Assembly: GCF_009914755.1 (NCBI RefSeq)
Contig: NC_060947.1
DNA: 64,000 bases
DNA from: the human T2T-CHM13v2.0 reference genome, Homo sapiens
Strand: one strand, 5' to 3'
The notes beneath the pieces were generated by a model. That model worked only from the letters and a program-made list of their open reading frames with translations. It did no database searches and was not told where the DNA came from. Of the stretch, positions 44,290 through 59,614 are shown piece after piece (position 1 is the first letter of the stretch; each line of letters opens with the position of its first letter). A program made the position numbers and the translations under genes.

Positions 44290-46905
44290 GGCATCAGTAT
44301 GAACTCAGTTTAGTCATTTAAAAAAAATTTTTAAGCTCTGTCCACTAAAAATACTTAGAAACAATGAAAATCTCAGTGTCCAAATTCACCTATAGTGCCC
44401 ATAGGATGGTTCTAAATGCTATTTCCCAATAAAAGGACCCAGGATTACTTAAATAAATGGCTGACTTCAGATATGTGGCAAGAAATATCCAAGATGAACA
44501 TAAAATATCTTGTCACACCAGATAGCAAGGAAGCTAAAAACATTATTAGAGTTGAGTCAAAAGGACTTGAAGAGGCTGTCATCAGTCAAACACGGGGCAA
44601 TTTGAGCATCAGTAAAGATAATAACTACAATGAATTGAAATATATCAAATATGTTTAAATATACAAATTCATAAAAACACTTAAAAACATAATTGCTCAA
44701 TTTGGCCAAACCTAGAAAGCTAGCTCATTATTTTAAAACTGGTAAATAAAGAGAGTGACTCAAACATTTAACCTGCTTTTTTTAAATACAAATTATTCCT
44801 TGGTGTAACAAAGGAGTTGGCGAGGAAAGTGTTTTAAAAAGATTCCCAGCTAATAAATTATGAAGGAATGATAAAATTACAACCTTTAATGAATTAGTGG
44901 ATCTAGGTAATAATAGTTAATGTCTTCTAACATTACAAAAGGAGTGTTAACCATATATCATATGCCTCTTGATGGAAAAACACAGCAGCCCATAGAAAGT
45001 ATTTTTTTGTCAAAAAATGCAATTTGAACCCTATCAAGCTCCTAGATATAACTATGAATTTTTAGAAAAATACAAGGAAAAATATGTTAACATTGTAGGG
45101 ATGTAAGCAACAACATCCAGACTTAGGTTTAGAGTGCAGGTGTGTGTGTGTGTGGTTTAGAGTGCAGGTGTGTGTGTGTGTGTCTGTGTGTTGAGGGGGG
45201 AGAAACTGCAGAAAAAAACGTGGTTTCTTCAACAAATAAATTTTAAGAAAGAATACAAAAATGAAAGTTAAAAAGAATGCATTTACAATGACATCAAAGA
45301 GAATGAAATATTTAGAAGTAAATTTTAAAAAAGAAGTGCAAAAAAAAGAAGTGCAAAAGTAACACTCTTAAAAACACAAAACTTTGTTGAAAGAAATTAA
45401 AAAAGATCTAAATAAACGGAAAGATATCATACGTTTGTGGATTGAAAGACAATATTTATAAGGTGGAAATACTCTTCAAATTGATCTACAGATTCAACGC
45501 AATTCCTGTCAGAACCCCAGCTGGCTTCTTTGTAGAAATTTACAAGCTGATCCTAATATTCTTATGGAAACTCAAGGAACCCAGAATAGCCAACACAATC
45601 CCGCAAGAGAACTCAGCCTTTTCAATTTCAAAACTTACTACAAAGCTACAGTTACCAAAATAGTGTGGTACTGGCATAAGGCTAACATGTAGATCAGTAA
45701 AATATAATTGAGAATCCAGAAATAAACACACGTGTCTATGGTCAATTGATTTTCAACAAAGCTGCCAAGGCCATTTAATGGGGAAAGAATAGATTTTTTC
45801 AACAAAGTGTGCTGGAATAACAGGATAGCCACATGCAGAAGAATGAAGTGGGACCCTCACCTCACAGCACATACAAAATTAACTAAAAATGGATTATACT
45901 ATAAAATTGTTAGAAGAAAGCAGTAGCAAGTCTGGTCTTGAGTTAGGCAATGGATTCTTAGATATGACACCAAAAGCAAGGGCAACAAAAGAAAAAATAA
46001 ATAAATTGGACTTCATGAAAATGAGAAATGTTTGTGCTTCAAAGAACACTATCAGAAATGTAAAAAGACAACTCACAGAATAAGGGAAAATATTTGCAAA
46101 TAATATACTTGATAAGGAAGTTATCTAGAACATATTTAAAAAAATCTTACAACTCAAAGATAAAAAGATAACCCAATTTAAAAATGAGCAAAGCATCTGA
46201 ATAGACTTTTCTTCGCAGATGTACAAATGATTAATAAGCACATAAAAAGATGCTCAGCATCATTAATTATAAGGGAAATGCAAATCAAAACCACAATGAG
46301 ATACCACCTCACACTTATTAGGATGGCTATAAAAATTAGATAATACCAAGTGTTGGTGAGGTTGTGGAAGAAATGAAGAGCATAACATTCATACACTGCT
46401 GATGGGACAGTAAAAATGCTGCAGCCACTTTGGAAAAGGCTGGCAGTGTCTTAAAAAAGATAAGCACAGAGTTACCTTAAGATCCAGTAATTCCGCTTCC
46501 AGTTATATACCCAAGAGAAGTAAAAACATATATCTACACAAAAGCTTTTACATGATTGTTTATTGCAGCGTCATTCATAATGGCCAAAAGGTGGAAAAAT
46601 CCCAAATGCACATCAACTGATGAATGTCTAAATAAAGTGTAATATATTCGTACAATGAAATATTATTCAGCCTTAAAAAGAGATGAAGTACTGATACATG
46701 CTATAACATGTATGTATCTTCAAAACATTACGCTAAGTGAAAGAAGCCAGTCATAAAAGACTACATCTTATTTGATTCCATGTATATGAAATGTACAAAA
46801 TTGGCAAATGTACAGAAAGAGAAATAGATTAGTGATCACTTAGGACTAGGGGACAGGTAGACAGGGATGTTGGGGGACTGATAGCTAAAGAGTAAGGAGT
46901 TTCAT
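44290..46905 (+). mobile_element. Old L1M fragments; 45260-46905 is an L1MB-like ORF2 C-terminus and 3' UTR
   Basis: ORFs [12 protein letters not shown]..., GNGFLDMTPKARATKEKINKLDF...; L1M 3' UTR motifs. Confidence 0.85.
45126..45181 (+). repeat. Perfect 28-bp tandem duplication including (GT)n
   Basis: (ggtttagagtgcaggtgtgtgtgtgtgt)x2. Confidence 0.95.
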
Positions 46906-48329
46906 ACACTTGCTGAAAAAAATAAGGTTTTACTTCCCTATCAAAGAAAATATATTCAATCTTCTGTCAGTACAATAACCCACTCGAGCATTCAGTTCCC
47001 AGAGTAGGAAATACTATGTATAAATTCTATACTGTAGATAAACAGCAAATGTACAGTACATTAAGCCACAGACTGGAAGGGATGCTGAGGGATTCATAGT
47101 TATTGTTAGTTAAATTTATTAAGGGGGCTAGGATAGAATATGGGTGAAATTTGTTTCTATTACTATTTGGAGGAGGCAGTTGACCTCATGCAAAATGCAT
47201 GGAACCAGTTGTCAGCATGCCTGGGTTTTGGTGCTGGCTAACTCTGTCATATAGGATATATGAGAACTCTGCTAAATCACTAGACTTCTTGGCCACAATT
47301 TCTTCATTTATAAAAAGAGACTAATATTACCTACTCTGATATCATTATTATGTTACTGGGACCAACTAACTGAGACAAAGTTCACTAAGCACCTTGGAAA
47401 ATGAAAAGCAGTACAAATATAAATTTCTTACATTAATTAGTCATTGTGTTTTAATTCTAGATAGGGTAGAAAGGTGCCATCCCCGTTAAAGAGTTCTGTA
47501 ATTCTTCCATAAGGGAATTTTACAATTTGTATAATGCTTTAAAGTTTCAAAAGCTATTTTTGAAAAAAATCATGACCCTCTCTCCCCAAAATCATGCCAA
47601 CACATGACCAAATGAAGAGCAAGTAGAAATAGTTATTTTTCTGATGAATTTCAGTCAAAGGTAAAATAAAGTAATAAAATACTTCATCTTTTGAAATAGC
47701 TCTTACTGCGTAATTATTCCAGCTTGTATGAAAAGTGTATGTCATGATCTTTTTGTTAGTATTTTATGTTGTCTATACACTTCTGATGCATTTGTTTGAA
47801 GCTTTTCTAGGGCCAACATGAACAGAAATATCACATAAGTTTTTTGAAATAAAAACACAATTTAACATAATATCACTGATTACGGGAGGACACCTGTTGG
47901 CACTGAAATTACTGAGGATGAGTAAGCTCATGGAAAAACTCAGTCTTCAAAAATAATGAAAAGCTTCAAGGTTTAGAAGATATAACCAGTGGCCTTCAAA
48001 TACATTCCTCTTTCGAGATTATCTGTCTTTAGCATTCTCAGTTATGAGCTTAATGCCTTCTTGGTCATTTACAAGGTATCAGACAGCAAATACCAGGAAA
48101 TATGACATTGCTTTCAACTTGTGCATTATATGGTATTAGTACTGGTGATGATGCCAACAGTTAAAAATACACTTCAGGTGCACCCACTGTCCCCTTCTCT
48201 CTTTCACCCCCAACTGCTACCACAAGATAGAATAACTAGCACACTAGAACAAGCAATGCAGACTTAAAAAATGATAGCTATAACCTGAACCAGTGGTCAA
48301 TATTAGCCTCGCTTAGAAATTGATCAAGG

Positions 48330-50745
48330 ACTTGCATCAATTCACAAAGCATTTATTAAAAAAAATCATCTGAATCTCAGTAAGACCAGGGAGATTTCTG
48401 GCATTTTAACTCATCCTATTCCCATCCTCTCTCCTCACTTCTGTGGTAAACTTGAAAACCAACAACTCACAATCACACTGAAAACCAGCAGTCTTGCAGT
48501 CACTGGAGGGGTCAGAATGGGACTGGAACACTTCCAAAGCCTCATCCCCAGAGAATTGTCATTATTTGACTGGTCTGGCAGTTTCCTGGAAACCCCCACT
48601 CACAGAATTTCTCTTTAATTCACCTGACTCAGAGCTTGCTCATAGCAGAATACTCTTTTCCTCAGAGCATTTGTCTAAAACAACCAGCAGCAATTGTTTA
48701 ACATTGCAGTTGCCTGTGGTAACGATAACAATGGGAGAAAACAAGAAATTGACATAAAAACATAGAAGGAAAATCTGAGGAGTGAGATGTCTATAGGTGG
48801 CATTAATCATTTCGGTAGACACAGAAAAAGTAGGTGACAAAATCCAACACCCTTTCCTTGATAAAAAAAAAATCAACAAACTAGAAGCATAAAAGAAATT
48901 CCTCAATCTTATAAAGGACATAAATGAAAAACCCACTGTGAGCATCACATTTAAGGATAAAAGACTAGATGCTTTTCATCTGAGATCAGGAACAAGACAA
49001 GGATGCCCATTCTCGTCTCCAATTTAACATTGTATTGGAGGTTGTAGCCAGGGCCATTAGGCAAGAAGATGAAGCAAAAAGTATCCAGATCGAAAGGAAG
49101 AAGTAAAACTATTTTTATTTAAAGATTACATGTTCATAAATATAGAAAATCCTAAGGAATCTATTAAAAAACTACTAAAGCTTGCAAAGAACCTGAACAG
49201 TCATTTCTCTAAAGAAGAATAGACATTTCTCATAAGAAAACATAAAAATGGCCATCAAATATGAAAAATTGCTCAACCTCACTAATCATCAGGGAACTGC
49301 AAATCCAAACCACTATGAGATATCACCTCATACTCACTAGGATTGCTATAATAAAAAAGACAAGAGATAACAAATCTTGGTGAGAGTGTGAAGAAAGGAG
49401 AACCCTTGTATACTGTTGGTGAGAATATAGGTTGGTGCAACCATTATAAGAATCAGTATGGAGAGTCCTAAAAAAATTTAAAACAGAACTACCATATGAC
49501 CTAGCAAACCTACTCCGAATTATAAACTCAAGGGAGATGAAATCACCACATTAGAAAGATATCTGCCCTCCCTTGTTCATTGTAGCATCATTTGTAATAG
49601 TCAAGATATGGAATCAACCTAACTGTCCATCAATAGGTAAATGAATAAAGAAAATGTGGTACATATACACAGTGGAGTACTATTTAGCCATAAAAAGGAG
49701 ACTGCCATTTGCCACAATATGGATGGTACTGGAGTACATTATGCTAAGTGAAAGAAGCCAGACATAGAAAGAAAAATATTGCATGATCTCACTTATATGT
49801 GAAATCTTTTTAAAAAAAGGTCAAATATATAGAGATAGAGAATAAAACAGTGGTTACCAGGGGTGGGGAGTTTTAATTCAAAGGATACAAAGTAGCAGAC
49901 ATGTAGGATGAACAACTCTAGAGAGTGAATGTACACCGTAAAGACTATAGTTAATAAAATTGTATTGTATTAGAGATTTTTATTAAATAGATTTTAGCTG
50001 CTCTTGTCACACACGCATAAGAGTAACTATGTAAGATAATAGGTACGTTAATTTGCTTCACTATAGTAACTGCTTTTCTATCTATACATATCCCATAACA
50101 TCATGTTTTATACCTCAAATATAAGCAATAACATTTATTTAAAAAACGATTAAATATAAGTGAGTTCAGAAAGTTTTCAGAGTAAAAGCCAATATATAAA
50201 AATAAATAATGTTTCCATAGATTAGCAATGAACAATCTAAAAGGAAAATTAAGAAAACAATTCCATTTATAATAGCATCAAAAGGAATGAAACACTTAAA
50301 AATAAATTTAACAGAAGTTCAAGATGTGTACACAGAAAGCAAAACCACATCATTGAAAGAAATTAGAGAAGACCTAAATAAATGGAAAGACACCCCATGT
50401 TTATGGACTGGGAGATTTAAAATTGCTAAGATGGTAATATTCCCCTAACTAATCTACAGATTGTACACATTCCCTATGAAAATCACATCTGCCTTTTTTT
50501 TTTTTTTTACAGAAATTGACAAGCTGATGCTAAAATTTATATGGAAATACAAGGGACCAAATTAGTTAAATCACTCTTAAGAAAGAAAAACAAAATTGTA
50601 GGACTCATACTTCTTGATTTCAAGGCATACTACAAAGCTACAGTAATCAAGATAGCATGGTACTGACATAACAACAGACATATAGACCAAATGAAGTAGA
50701 ATTGAGAGTTCATACATAAATCATAAGCTTTATGGTCAATTAATA
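48330..50745 (+). mobile_element. L1M fragment with a nested younger L1MA 3' end (~49185-50147)
   Basis: RT-region motifs (tcaggaacaagacaaggatgccc) break at ~49180 and resume at ~50150 (taagtgagttcagaaag...aatataaaa); the intervening block is an L1 C-terminus and 3' UTR. Confidence 0.75.
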
Positions 50746-52433
50746 ATATTTTTGATACAGAAAACTTAAAAACACCAGGCATGAGGGTTTCCTTTAATAT
50801 ATTTTGGCAGTCCAGATTAACAGAATCTATCGAGAGAGAACATGGAAGACATAGGAACTTCTGATGGTAAGCTCAGTCATCTAAGCAAAGAGTATTCCTT
50901 CCTCGACCTTCCCCACTCCTAAGGAGATTCAGCATTGCTCTATTTAGCCAAGGTCTTTTAAGGCCTGTGGCAGAGGTTTTTGGACTAGGGTCTATGAATA
51001 GGATCAAGTGGTTCATAAAACCTCTAAAATTCTAAATAATAATTTATGAATGTGTGGATCTCTACATTTTTCTAGGGAAAAATTATACAGCTTTCATCAG
51101 ATTCTCAAAGGGGTTCATGACCAGAAAAGGTTAAGAATCACTCACTGAAGGGTCCTTCTCTGGGATTTAGGCCAGCCAGCAGTCCTGAACTGCCCTAATT
51201 GAAATGTAACTGGATAACTTAGTTGAGGCAACTATTTCTTTAGAACTTTTCTTGGTGCTATGAACAGACCGGCTTGAGACTGGCTTTGGGGCACCTTTTT
51301 AGTATTATATAATGTACCTAAATCCTACCTAGTCTTGCTCTGCTGCCATGACTTACGCGGACCTGATATTGCCCATTACTATGATGGTCGTTTCCTGCCT
51401 CATCCTGGATCCTGACTAGATCTGTGGTAGTATCACTATTATGTTGATGTCACTAGCACAACCTTTTTCTGACTATTCTGTCAGGACACTTCAGTCATCC
51501 TAGATTGATGAATTAGGAGAATTATTATGTCATTGACAAAAAAATTTATAAAGCAGGAGTGGAGGGAGAACTGCTTCAAAAGAAGTTGCTGAGTTTCTTT
51601 GTAGACATATTAAATGACGGTGGGACATATGAGTAGAAACCACCAGCAGATGCTGCGTCATTTTTGTCTACTGCCTGGCCCCTGTGAGAACCTGAGTTTG
51701 TGAGCACTGGCTATAACTGAATCCTTGGGAAAACCCCAGTTAGGGGACTGGAGGAGAAAGAGGATTGCTTAACAAGATCAAGAAGAAACAGTTATACAGG
51801 TGAGATCCTAAAGAAGGAGACACTGCAATAAATCTTGGATAAGGGTTCTAGAAGTAATGGGATAAGAGCATGAGTGAAACAATTAGTTTTGGATAAGAGG
51901 AAGAAAGTTTCCAGTATCTAATTAGAGACAGAGACTCTTGGAGTTCCAAAGATGCCTAGCCCATCACTGTCATTTTCCAGGCTTGTGGTATATTAAAAGA
52001 AAATAATAAAGACATGTCAAAACAGGATCTAAACATTGTGAGATGTTTAAAATGTTTATACTTAACATACTGACACTTCTATCACCACCAAAATTTCCAC
52101 ATAATGTAATATAATATATTTACAAAACAAAAAATTTAAAATGTAACCAGTAATATTCTTTATTGTCTATGGTTTAGTAATAAGACACAAGTTTAAAGTT
52201 GTCTAATAAATTTCATTTTCTTTAATCTTGTCAGTTTATGTCAGGAATTAGGACTAGACTTTCTGAATGTACAATCTTTCTGAAAAAACATTAAAAGTCT
52301 AAATAGAGGCCTTCAAGAATATGAGACTGGTCAAAATGGTTTTTCCTTTTTTAGAGATGTGAGACTTCTGAAACAGTAGGAATAAAAGGAGGGAATGAGT
52401 ATGCTAGTCTTTTTTCAGATATATGATTTATGA

Positions 52434-52764
<331 letters not shown>

Positions 52765-52913
52765 GTATATAGATTTTTAGATCTTAAAGGAACCTTAAAA
52801 CCTGATAATCAAAGCTAAATCTGGTAATTCAGATTCTCATTTTATCACAGGCAGAGAACTTCTACAAATTTATGTTACTAGCCTAGACTCAAGATGAGAA
52901 ATCAAGTCCTCTT

Positions 52914-53100
52914 CAGAGTTCTCCAAATTTGCCTGATCATATGAATCACCTGGGTGCCTTGTGAAATACGGATAAAACAAATTCTATCCACCTGACCTAC
53001 TAAATCATAATCTTGATGTGTGGTGCCTGGGAATTTGTATTTTAACAAGGCCCCACAGCAACGTGAGTGTATTATGATCAGGTAGTTTTGGGGGACATTG
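52914..53100 (+). mobile_element. MER5B-like DNA transposon fossil (related copies at ~58210-58430 and ~59390-59580)
   Basis: cagagtttctccaaatttgcctgatcatatgaatcacctggg...gcctgggaatttgtattttaacaagg. Confidence 0.7.
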
Positions 53101-53489
53101 CATCTGGTTTGCAACTCACTCATCTTTCCATCTTGACACTTGCCCTTCACAATTGCCACAATTTATGGCATTTTAAAGACTAAAATGTTCACATTTTATA
53201 AAATTAATTAGGCAGAAGGTTTTGAGTAGTGAATGAAGGCAAAGTTGTGGACTTAGCCTTAATCATCCAATTTACCCTCATTTATGTTCAAGTTGAAGCA
53301 CTTCGACTTTCAGTCTGTGTTAAATTATTCTGAGGCTGATTTTCATAAGGGTTCTTTTTAGCATGGCATTTGGTTTCTTGAAATCTGAGGACCTCTCAGC
53401 TGCAGTTAACCCAGTGTATACTCAAGAATCTCTTCTTGGAGAATGTAAACATTCCATTATCCAGTCACCTTTGATAAAAGACCACTTTC

Positions 53490-53625
53490 ACCAAAAAAGA
53501 GCCTCATAACTCACATTTTATAGATGATGAAATGGGCACTCAGAGAAGCTAACTGATTCACCCAAGGTCATATAGCTGTACTGTGGCAGGGCCAAAGCAC
53601 AAACCTGTTCATCTATCTTGTGTTG
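53490..53625 (-). mobile_element. MIR (another at ~56870-56990)
   Basis: cattttatagatgatgaaatgggcactcagagaagctaactgattcacccaaggtca. Confidence 0.75.
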
Positions 53626-54559
53626 ACTGAGCATCTGCTTCCCCTGGGAAATACACTCACTGATGGGGATACAAAGGTGAAGAAGACTTGGTCCCTACCC
53701 CAAAAGAAGCCCAGGTCTTCAGATTGCAGAATAAGTCAGACAGCCTGAAGATGCTGGGCCACCACTAATGTCACTTCAACTTCATCAGAGCAAGTAGCTT
53801 CTAATTTTGACTCCCATATTTATTAAAACAGTCCTTGGGACTGTTTCAGAAGAAAGAGATGTTGGAAACTGTTATCCTAGAGACTTGCTTTGCTTGGTCT
53901 CATGACCCTTACATTGTTTAAATTGTCAGTTAAAAATTGGGAAAGCTCATTTTTTAAAAATGTAGACTTCTGAATTATCTTGAAAAAAGAAAACAAAAAC
54001 AAAAACAAAACACCTCAAGATCTCTTCTTACTGGACCAGTGTTCCCTTGCTGTGATAATCCTTTGGAGGTAAGGCGCTATTGCCTACTTTATTTGGGCTG
54101 GTGCTAGCCAATTCAACATAGTTCCTAACCAGCACCTTTTACTCACTCCTACTGCTTACCCTATTCCCAAAGTGTTTAAGTTTGCTAAGCCTGGCCACTA
54201 ACTTCTGGGGCGACAGTTATTGTCTGAACCATGCTTGACGGCAGGTGGCAGCAGTAAGCTGTTTTATTACCATTTCTCCTCCAAGTTGGAAGGATGTACT
54301 GCAGCCGCAATCAGCTTCAGGGATTTTTTCTTTCATTCCTCTGAAAACAAAACAAAACGAAAAACCCAAGGTCATCAGGTTTTAGTTGAGTAATATTTTG
54401 ACAATGTAAGTTATGAAAAAGAGATTTAGTGTTAGTAATGAGAAAAAGCCAATTGTGTGCAATAGGAATCTACCAGGAAAAAAAGCTGGCTGGCTACCAG
54501 GAAGAAAAGTCCTGAACCTGAGAGATAGGGCAAGCTGGCTTGCAGCCACTAGTTGGGGA

Positions 54560-56335
54560 ATCTTTTTTTCACACCACATAATAAAAATTAACTCAGATGA
54601 GTCATAGACCTAAATGTAAGAGCTGAAACTTTAAAACCCTTAGAAAAAAAAAACCCATAGGAGTAAATGTTTGTGATCTTGGATTAAGAAATAGTTTTTT
54701 AGACATAACACAAAAAAGCACAAGCAACAAAAGAAAAAACAGAAAAATGAGACATCAAAATATAAGGCTTTTGTGTTTCAAGGTACATCATCAAGAAAAG
54801 AGACAGTCTCCAGAATAGGAGAAAATGTTTGTGAATCATTGATCTCATAAAGGACTTGTATACAAAATATATAAATAATTCTTGTAACTGAACAATAAAA
54901 AGAAGACTGACCCAATTAAAAATTGTTAAAAGATCTGAATAGACATTTCTCCAAAGTATACAAAAGCTAATAAGCATATAAAAAGATGTTCAACATCATT
55001 AGTCAACAGAGAAATGTAAATCAAACTATAATGAGATACCACCTCACTCCTCATGGTTAAGGATGGCTATTTAGGATGGCTAAGATACAGACAATAACAA
55101 GTGCTGACACCGATGTGAAGAAATGAGAACCTTCATAACTGCTGATGGAATTGTAAATGGAGCAACTGTTTTGGAAAACAGTTTGGCAATTTCTCAAAAT
55201 GTGACCCAGCAATTCCATTCCTTGTTACACAGCCAAGAGAAATGAAAACCTGTACACACAAAAGAGTTGTACATGGAGATAAATAGCGGCAATACCCAAA
55301 AGATGAAAACAACATGTCTATCAATTGGTGAATGGATAAACAAAATGTGGTAAGCAGTGCCCCCTTATCTGTGGTCTTGCTTTCTGTGGCTGCAGTTATC
55401 TGTGATAAACTTCAGTCTGAAAATATTAAATGGAAAATTCTAGAAATAAGCAATTCATATGCTTTAAATTGCATACCATTCTGAGTGTGATGAAATCTGG
55501 CATCATCCCACTCTGTCCTGCCTGGGACATGAATGATTCCTTTGTCTAGCATCTCCACACTATATGTTACCTGCCTGCTAGTCACTTAGTCATCTCAGGC
55601 ATCACAGTGCTTATGTTCAAGTCATCCTTATTTTACTTAATAAAGGCTCCAAAATGCAAGAGTAGTGATGCTGACTCAGATATGCTAAAGAGAAGCCATC
55701 AAGTGCCTCTTTTCACTTAAAAGGTAAAAGTTCTTGACTTAATACAGAAAGAAAAAAAATTGTATGCTGAGATTGCTAAGATCTACGGTAGGAATGAATC
55801 TTCTATCTGTGAAATTGTGAAGAAGGAAAAATAAATTTGTGCTAGTTTTCCTGTCACACCTCAAACTGCAAAAGTTATGGCCACAGTGCCTGTTAAGTGC
55901 TTAGCTAAGGTGGAAAAGTCATTAAATTTGTAGGTGGAAGACATCAATAGAAACATGTTCTGACTGATGGCAGTTGAGTTCAGTACTGTTGAGGTTTCAG
56001 GCATCCACTGGGAGGCTTGGAACATATCCCTTCCAGATAAGTGAAGTCTATCTACTGTGTATCCATACAACAGAATATTATTCAGCCAGAAGAAGAATGA
56101 AATACTGATACATGCTACAACATGGATCAACTTTGAAAACACTAAGCTAAGTAAAAGAAGCCAGTCACGAAATAATTCTATTTATGTGAAATGTCCAAAA
56201 TAGGTAATTATATGGAGACAAAAACTAGATTGGTGGTTGCCAGGGGCTGCAAGAAGAAATTGGAGTGACATGATCCTAATGGATATGTTTTTTTTTTTTT
56301 TTTTCCCCAGAGGAGTTGCGAAAATATTCTGGGGA
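54560..56335 (+). mobile_element. Old L1M 3' region interrupted by MER44
   Basis: L1 C-terminal and 3' UTR motifs continue across the insertion (aaacaaaatgtggta ... tatccatacaacagaatattattcagcc). Confidence 0.8.
55355..56057. mobile_element. MER44 (Tigger7-derived Tc1/mariner-pogo non-autonomous element)
   Basis: cagtgcccccttatctgtgg...gaaaatattaaatggaaaattctagaaataa ... ccagataag...ctactg with degenerate TIRs. Confidence 0.85.
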
Positions 56336-57663
56336 ATAATAGTTGCGAAATACAGTTTTTTGACACTGAGGAAATATGGTTCAGTGTGGGTGATTTTTAG
56401 GTGAATGGATGTGGGTTAAAGCAGCTGTGACTATGGCTCACACCCCCTTCTCTGGCTTTTGGAGGGTCTTTCTTATAGCCTGGCTTTCTGTTGGGTTCCA
56501 CCTTTGAGAAGTCCTGGCAGGAGATCTGTGAGAGGAAGGCGAATGAGGTCAGGGTGTTTATTCACTCAGCTCACTCTCTGCAGCGTCTCTGTGGGATGGC
56601 TAAATTCACAATACTTAATAGATGACTCTCTCAATATCTCCACCTCCCATCAACTAACTTTGCCCACTTCCTCTTCTCCCTCCTACAGGACTGGGAGTAG
56701 TAATAACCTCACCATTATTCATCTGGGGTCCTCTGCTATCCCTTGTGATTTTCCTATACCCTACCCACATCTTTCATAATAGTCCTTTTATTAAATTTTC
56801 CTAAATTGTCTCATACAAATGTGCCATCTGTTTTTTGCAATCACCCTGACTAATACACTCATTAGCCTTCACATCCTTAATTCTCACCACAACCTTATGA
56901 GGTAGATATTACTATTAACCCTATCTTACAGATTTGCAAATATGAGGCTAAGAGAGTTTAAGTAACATGCCCAAGAACCTTCTGACTCTAGAGCTTTGGC
57001 TTCAATACACTATATGGATTTGTTTCCTTTTTTTTTTTTTCCCCACTCTGGTGGTATCCCTGCATCCAGATCCAAGCAATCTGATACACTCTGACCAGTT
57101 TATTCTTCCCAAAATATTCATCCAAGGCCCTCTAGGATCTGGCTCTTGTCTATTTTTTATCTTCCCCTGCTTCTTCACTGTACAAATATTCCAGTCAAGC
57201 TAAACTGAGCTATTCAATTTTTCCTAAACACACCTTATTAGTCCTAACTCATTCTTGTACTCATAAGGTGCCCCAACCCTGGGTTTCCCTCCTCACCCCA
57301 ATCCCATATTCTTCTCTGCCGTTTTCAATTTTCCTTTTACTTTGAGGCCCAACTGAAATCCTCCTTCCTCCATAGAGTCTGGCTAATCCTAGTCTGCCAC
57401 TTTCTAGTAAGTGACCTTCAGCAAGTCATCCTAACCTCTCGAGTCTCAGAGAGTTTGAGCGTTAAATTCATATCAATTATTGGTCCACTGATCTCAAAAT
57501 ACTAATATTTACTGTTCTCAAAATGGCCACCTAGCCTAAGGACTCTTCTCTTCAACAACTTGATCAAGTTTTCACAGTGTTGTCTTGTGTTAAATATCTG
57601 CCTTTTTTTTATGGTTGCATAGTATATGAACCCCTTTCCAATTTGGAGGACTTGTCCATTGCA

Positions 57664-57960
57664 TTTTTTTTTTTTGAGACGGATTTTGCTCTTGTTGCCC
57701 AGGCTGGAGTACAATGGCATGATCTCGGCTCACTGCAACCTCCACCTCCTGGCTTCAAGCAATTCTCCTGCCTCACTCAGCCTTCCGAGTAGCTGGGATT
57801 ACAGGCATGCGCCATCACGCCTGGTTAATTTTGTATTTTTAGTAGAGACAGGGTTTCTCCATGTTGGTCAGGTTGGTCTTAAATTCCCGGCCTCAGGTGA
57901 TCCGCCCGCCTCAGCCTCCCAAAGTGCTGGAATTACAAGCGTGAGCCACCACACCCAGCC
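57664..57960 (-). mobile_element. AluS (Sp/Sq-like) element with TSD CCATTGCAT
   Basis: Alu consensus; TSD at 57656-57664 and 57960-57968. Confidence 0.95.
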
Positions 57961-59614
57961 CATTGCATACATCTTGATGGAAGAAAAGGCCCTGCCTCTC
58001 ATTACAGAGACCAAGAGGAGCCAAACATTCCTACTCCCTGCTCCCAGCTATAGGCACATGACCTAGGTTCCGCTACATGACTTAGATGTTTAGCTCCTTC
58101 CCATGACTTTGAATGTGGAGGAAGTGGATACAGGGGCAATTGGAAATTTCTCTCTAGCCATAGTTTCACCATCCTTCACAGGCTATAGCATGGTTTAGTA
58201 TTAATAGTTGGAGAACTTCAGTGTGCAACTGAAACTCCTTGGCATGATGTACGTATGTGGGTGTGGGGGGGCGGGGGAGTGTTTTTGTTAAAATACAGCT
58301 TCCTCTGCCCTACATTGACCTGCTAAATCAGGATCCTTGGGAGAGGGACATAAAAATCTTTATTTTTCACAGACTCCTAAGGGCCTTGATGATGCTGATA
58401 CCCACTAAAGTTTGAAAATCACAGCTCTAGGAGATCTGTAGATAATATGTATAATATGTTATTCGGGCCATACTCATTCTTTCTTTCTTTCCCCATAGCT
58501 GTCCAGTATCTCTCATTATTTGGTTCTACAGAAGACTAGATCTATTTTCTCTTCAGAGTCTTTTGCTTTATTTTGAATATTCTTTATATAACCACCACCC
58601 AACATACATTAAATACCCAGCCCCCACACACACATCCTGCTCTGACATGTTGAGAGATAAACAGGGCTTATATGCCATCAATCATTCCGCTTATTTCTCA
58701 TTCTTCTAAGATCAGGAATTTGCTGAGTTTACATAAACCTCTTCCAAGTTCCCAGTCTTTTAAGAATTTAATTTACATTCTTGACACAGCATGGTTGGAA
58801 ATGATGACAACTTTCAGTGCACTTTGCAAGACTTTTGTTATTTCTTTCACATAAATCCTATCAATTTTATGGATATCTTTAATTTTTTGGTTTAGTGTAA
58901 ACTGGATTGATGGTATGAATTTATCTCAATCAGTGCTTCCAATCCTTTATTATACTAATGTTAACCACTTGGTTTCATAGGTCATTCTGATTACTTCTCT
59001 TTCCCAAGACATTTGAAAATCTCTCCCCAGTCCCTGATCTTTCTTTATATATTGGAGTAAGACATTACTTTCTCTGTCATAGATCTTTTCAGGGGCACGT
59101 ACATTCTTCATAAATTGGATCTTTTATCACTTTGAATACAAAACTATAATCAGTCTTCTTGCCACACCTCATGTCTTTTTGACATTTTTATTACAATCTT
59201 GGGTAAGTTAAAAATTAACATGGGTCTCTGTTCCTACTCTAAAAGAAGAAGATTGAAATTAAGGCTCTCTAAAGGACCTTCTAGATAGTTTATGCCTACA
59301 AAGCACTGGGTAGTTAGATATCAAAACTCAGCACTGGGAAGCAGATACGAAAGTTTCAGTAAATCAAAGCATTCTTGAACGTTATAGAGCAAGGTTTATA
59401 AAACTTGCCTCATACCAAGAATATGCTTAGAAGATTGTTTTTTAAATGATGATTCTCTGCAATCTCCCATGCCCATAGATTCTGATTCAGCAAATCTGGG
59501 ATAAAGACTGGAAATTTACATTTTTAAACAAAGGCCCCAAGCAATTCTTATAATCAGGTAAGCTTAGGAGACACTACTAAAAGAATGAAATATGATGCAG
59601 AGTTCTGTTTGTAA

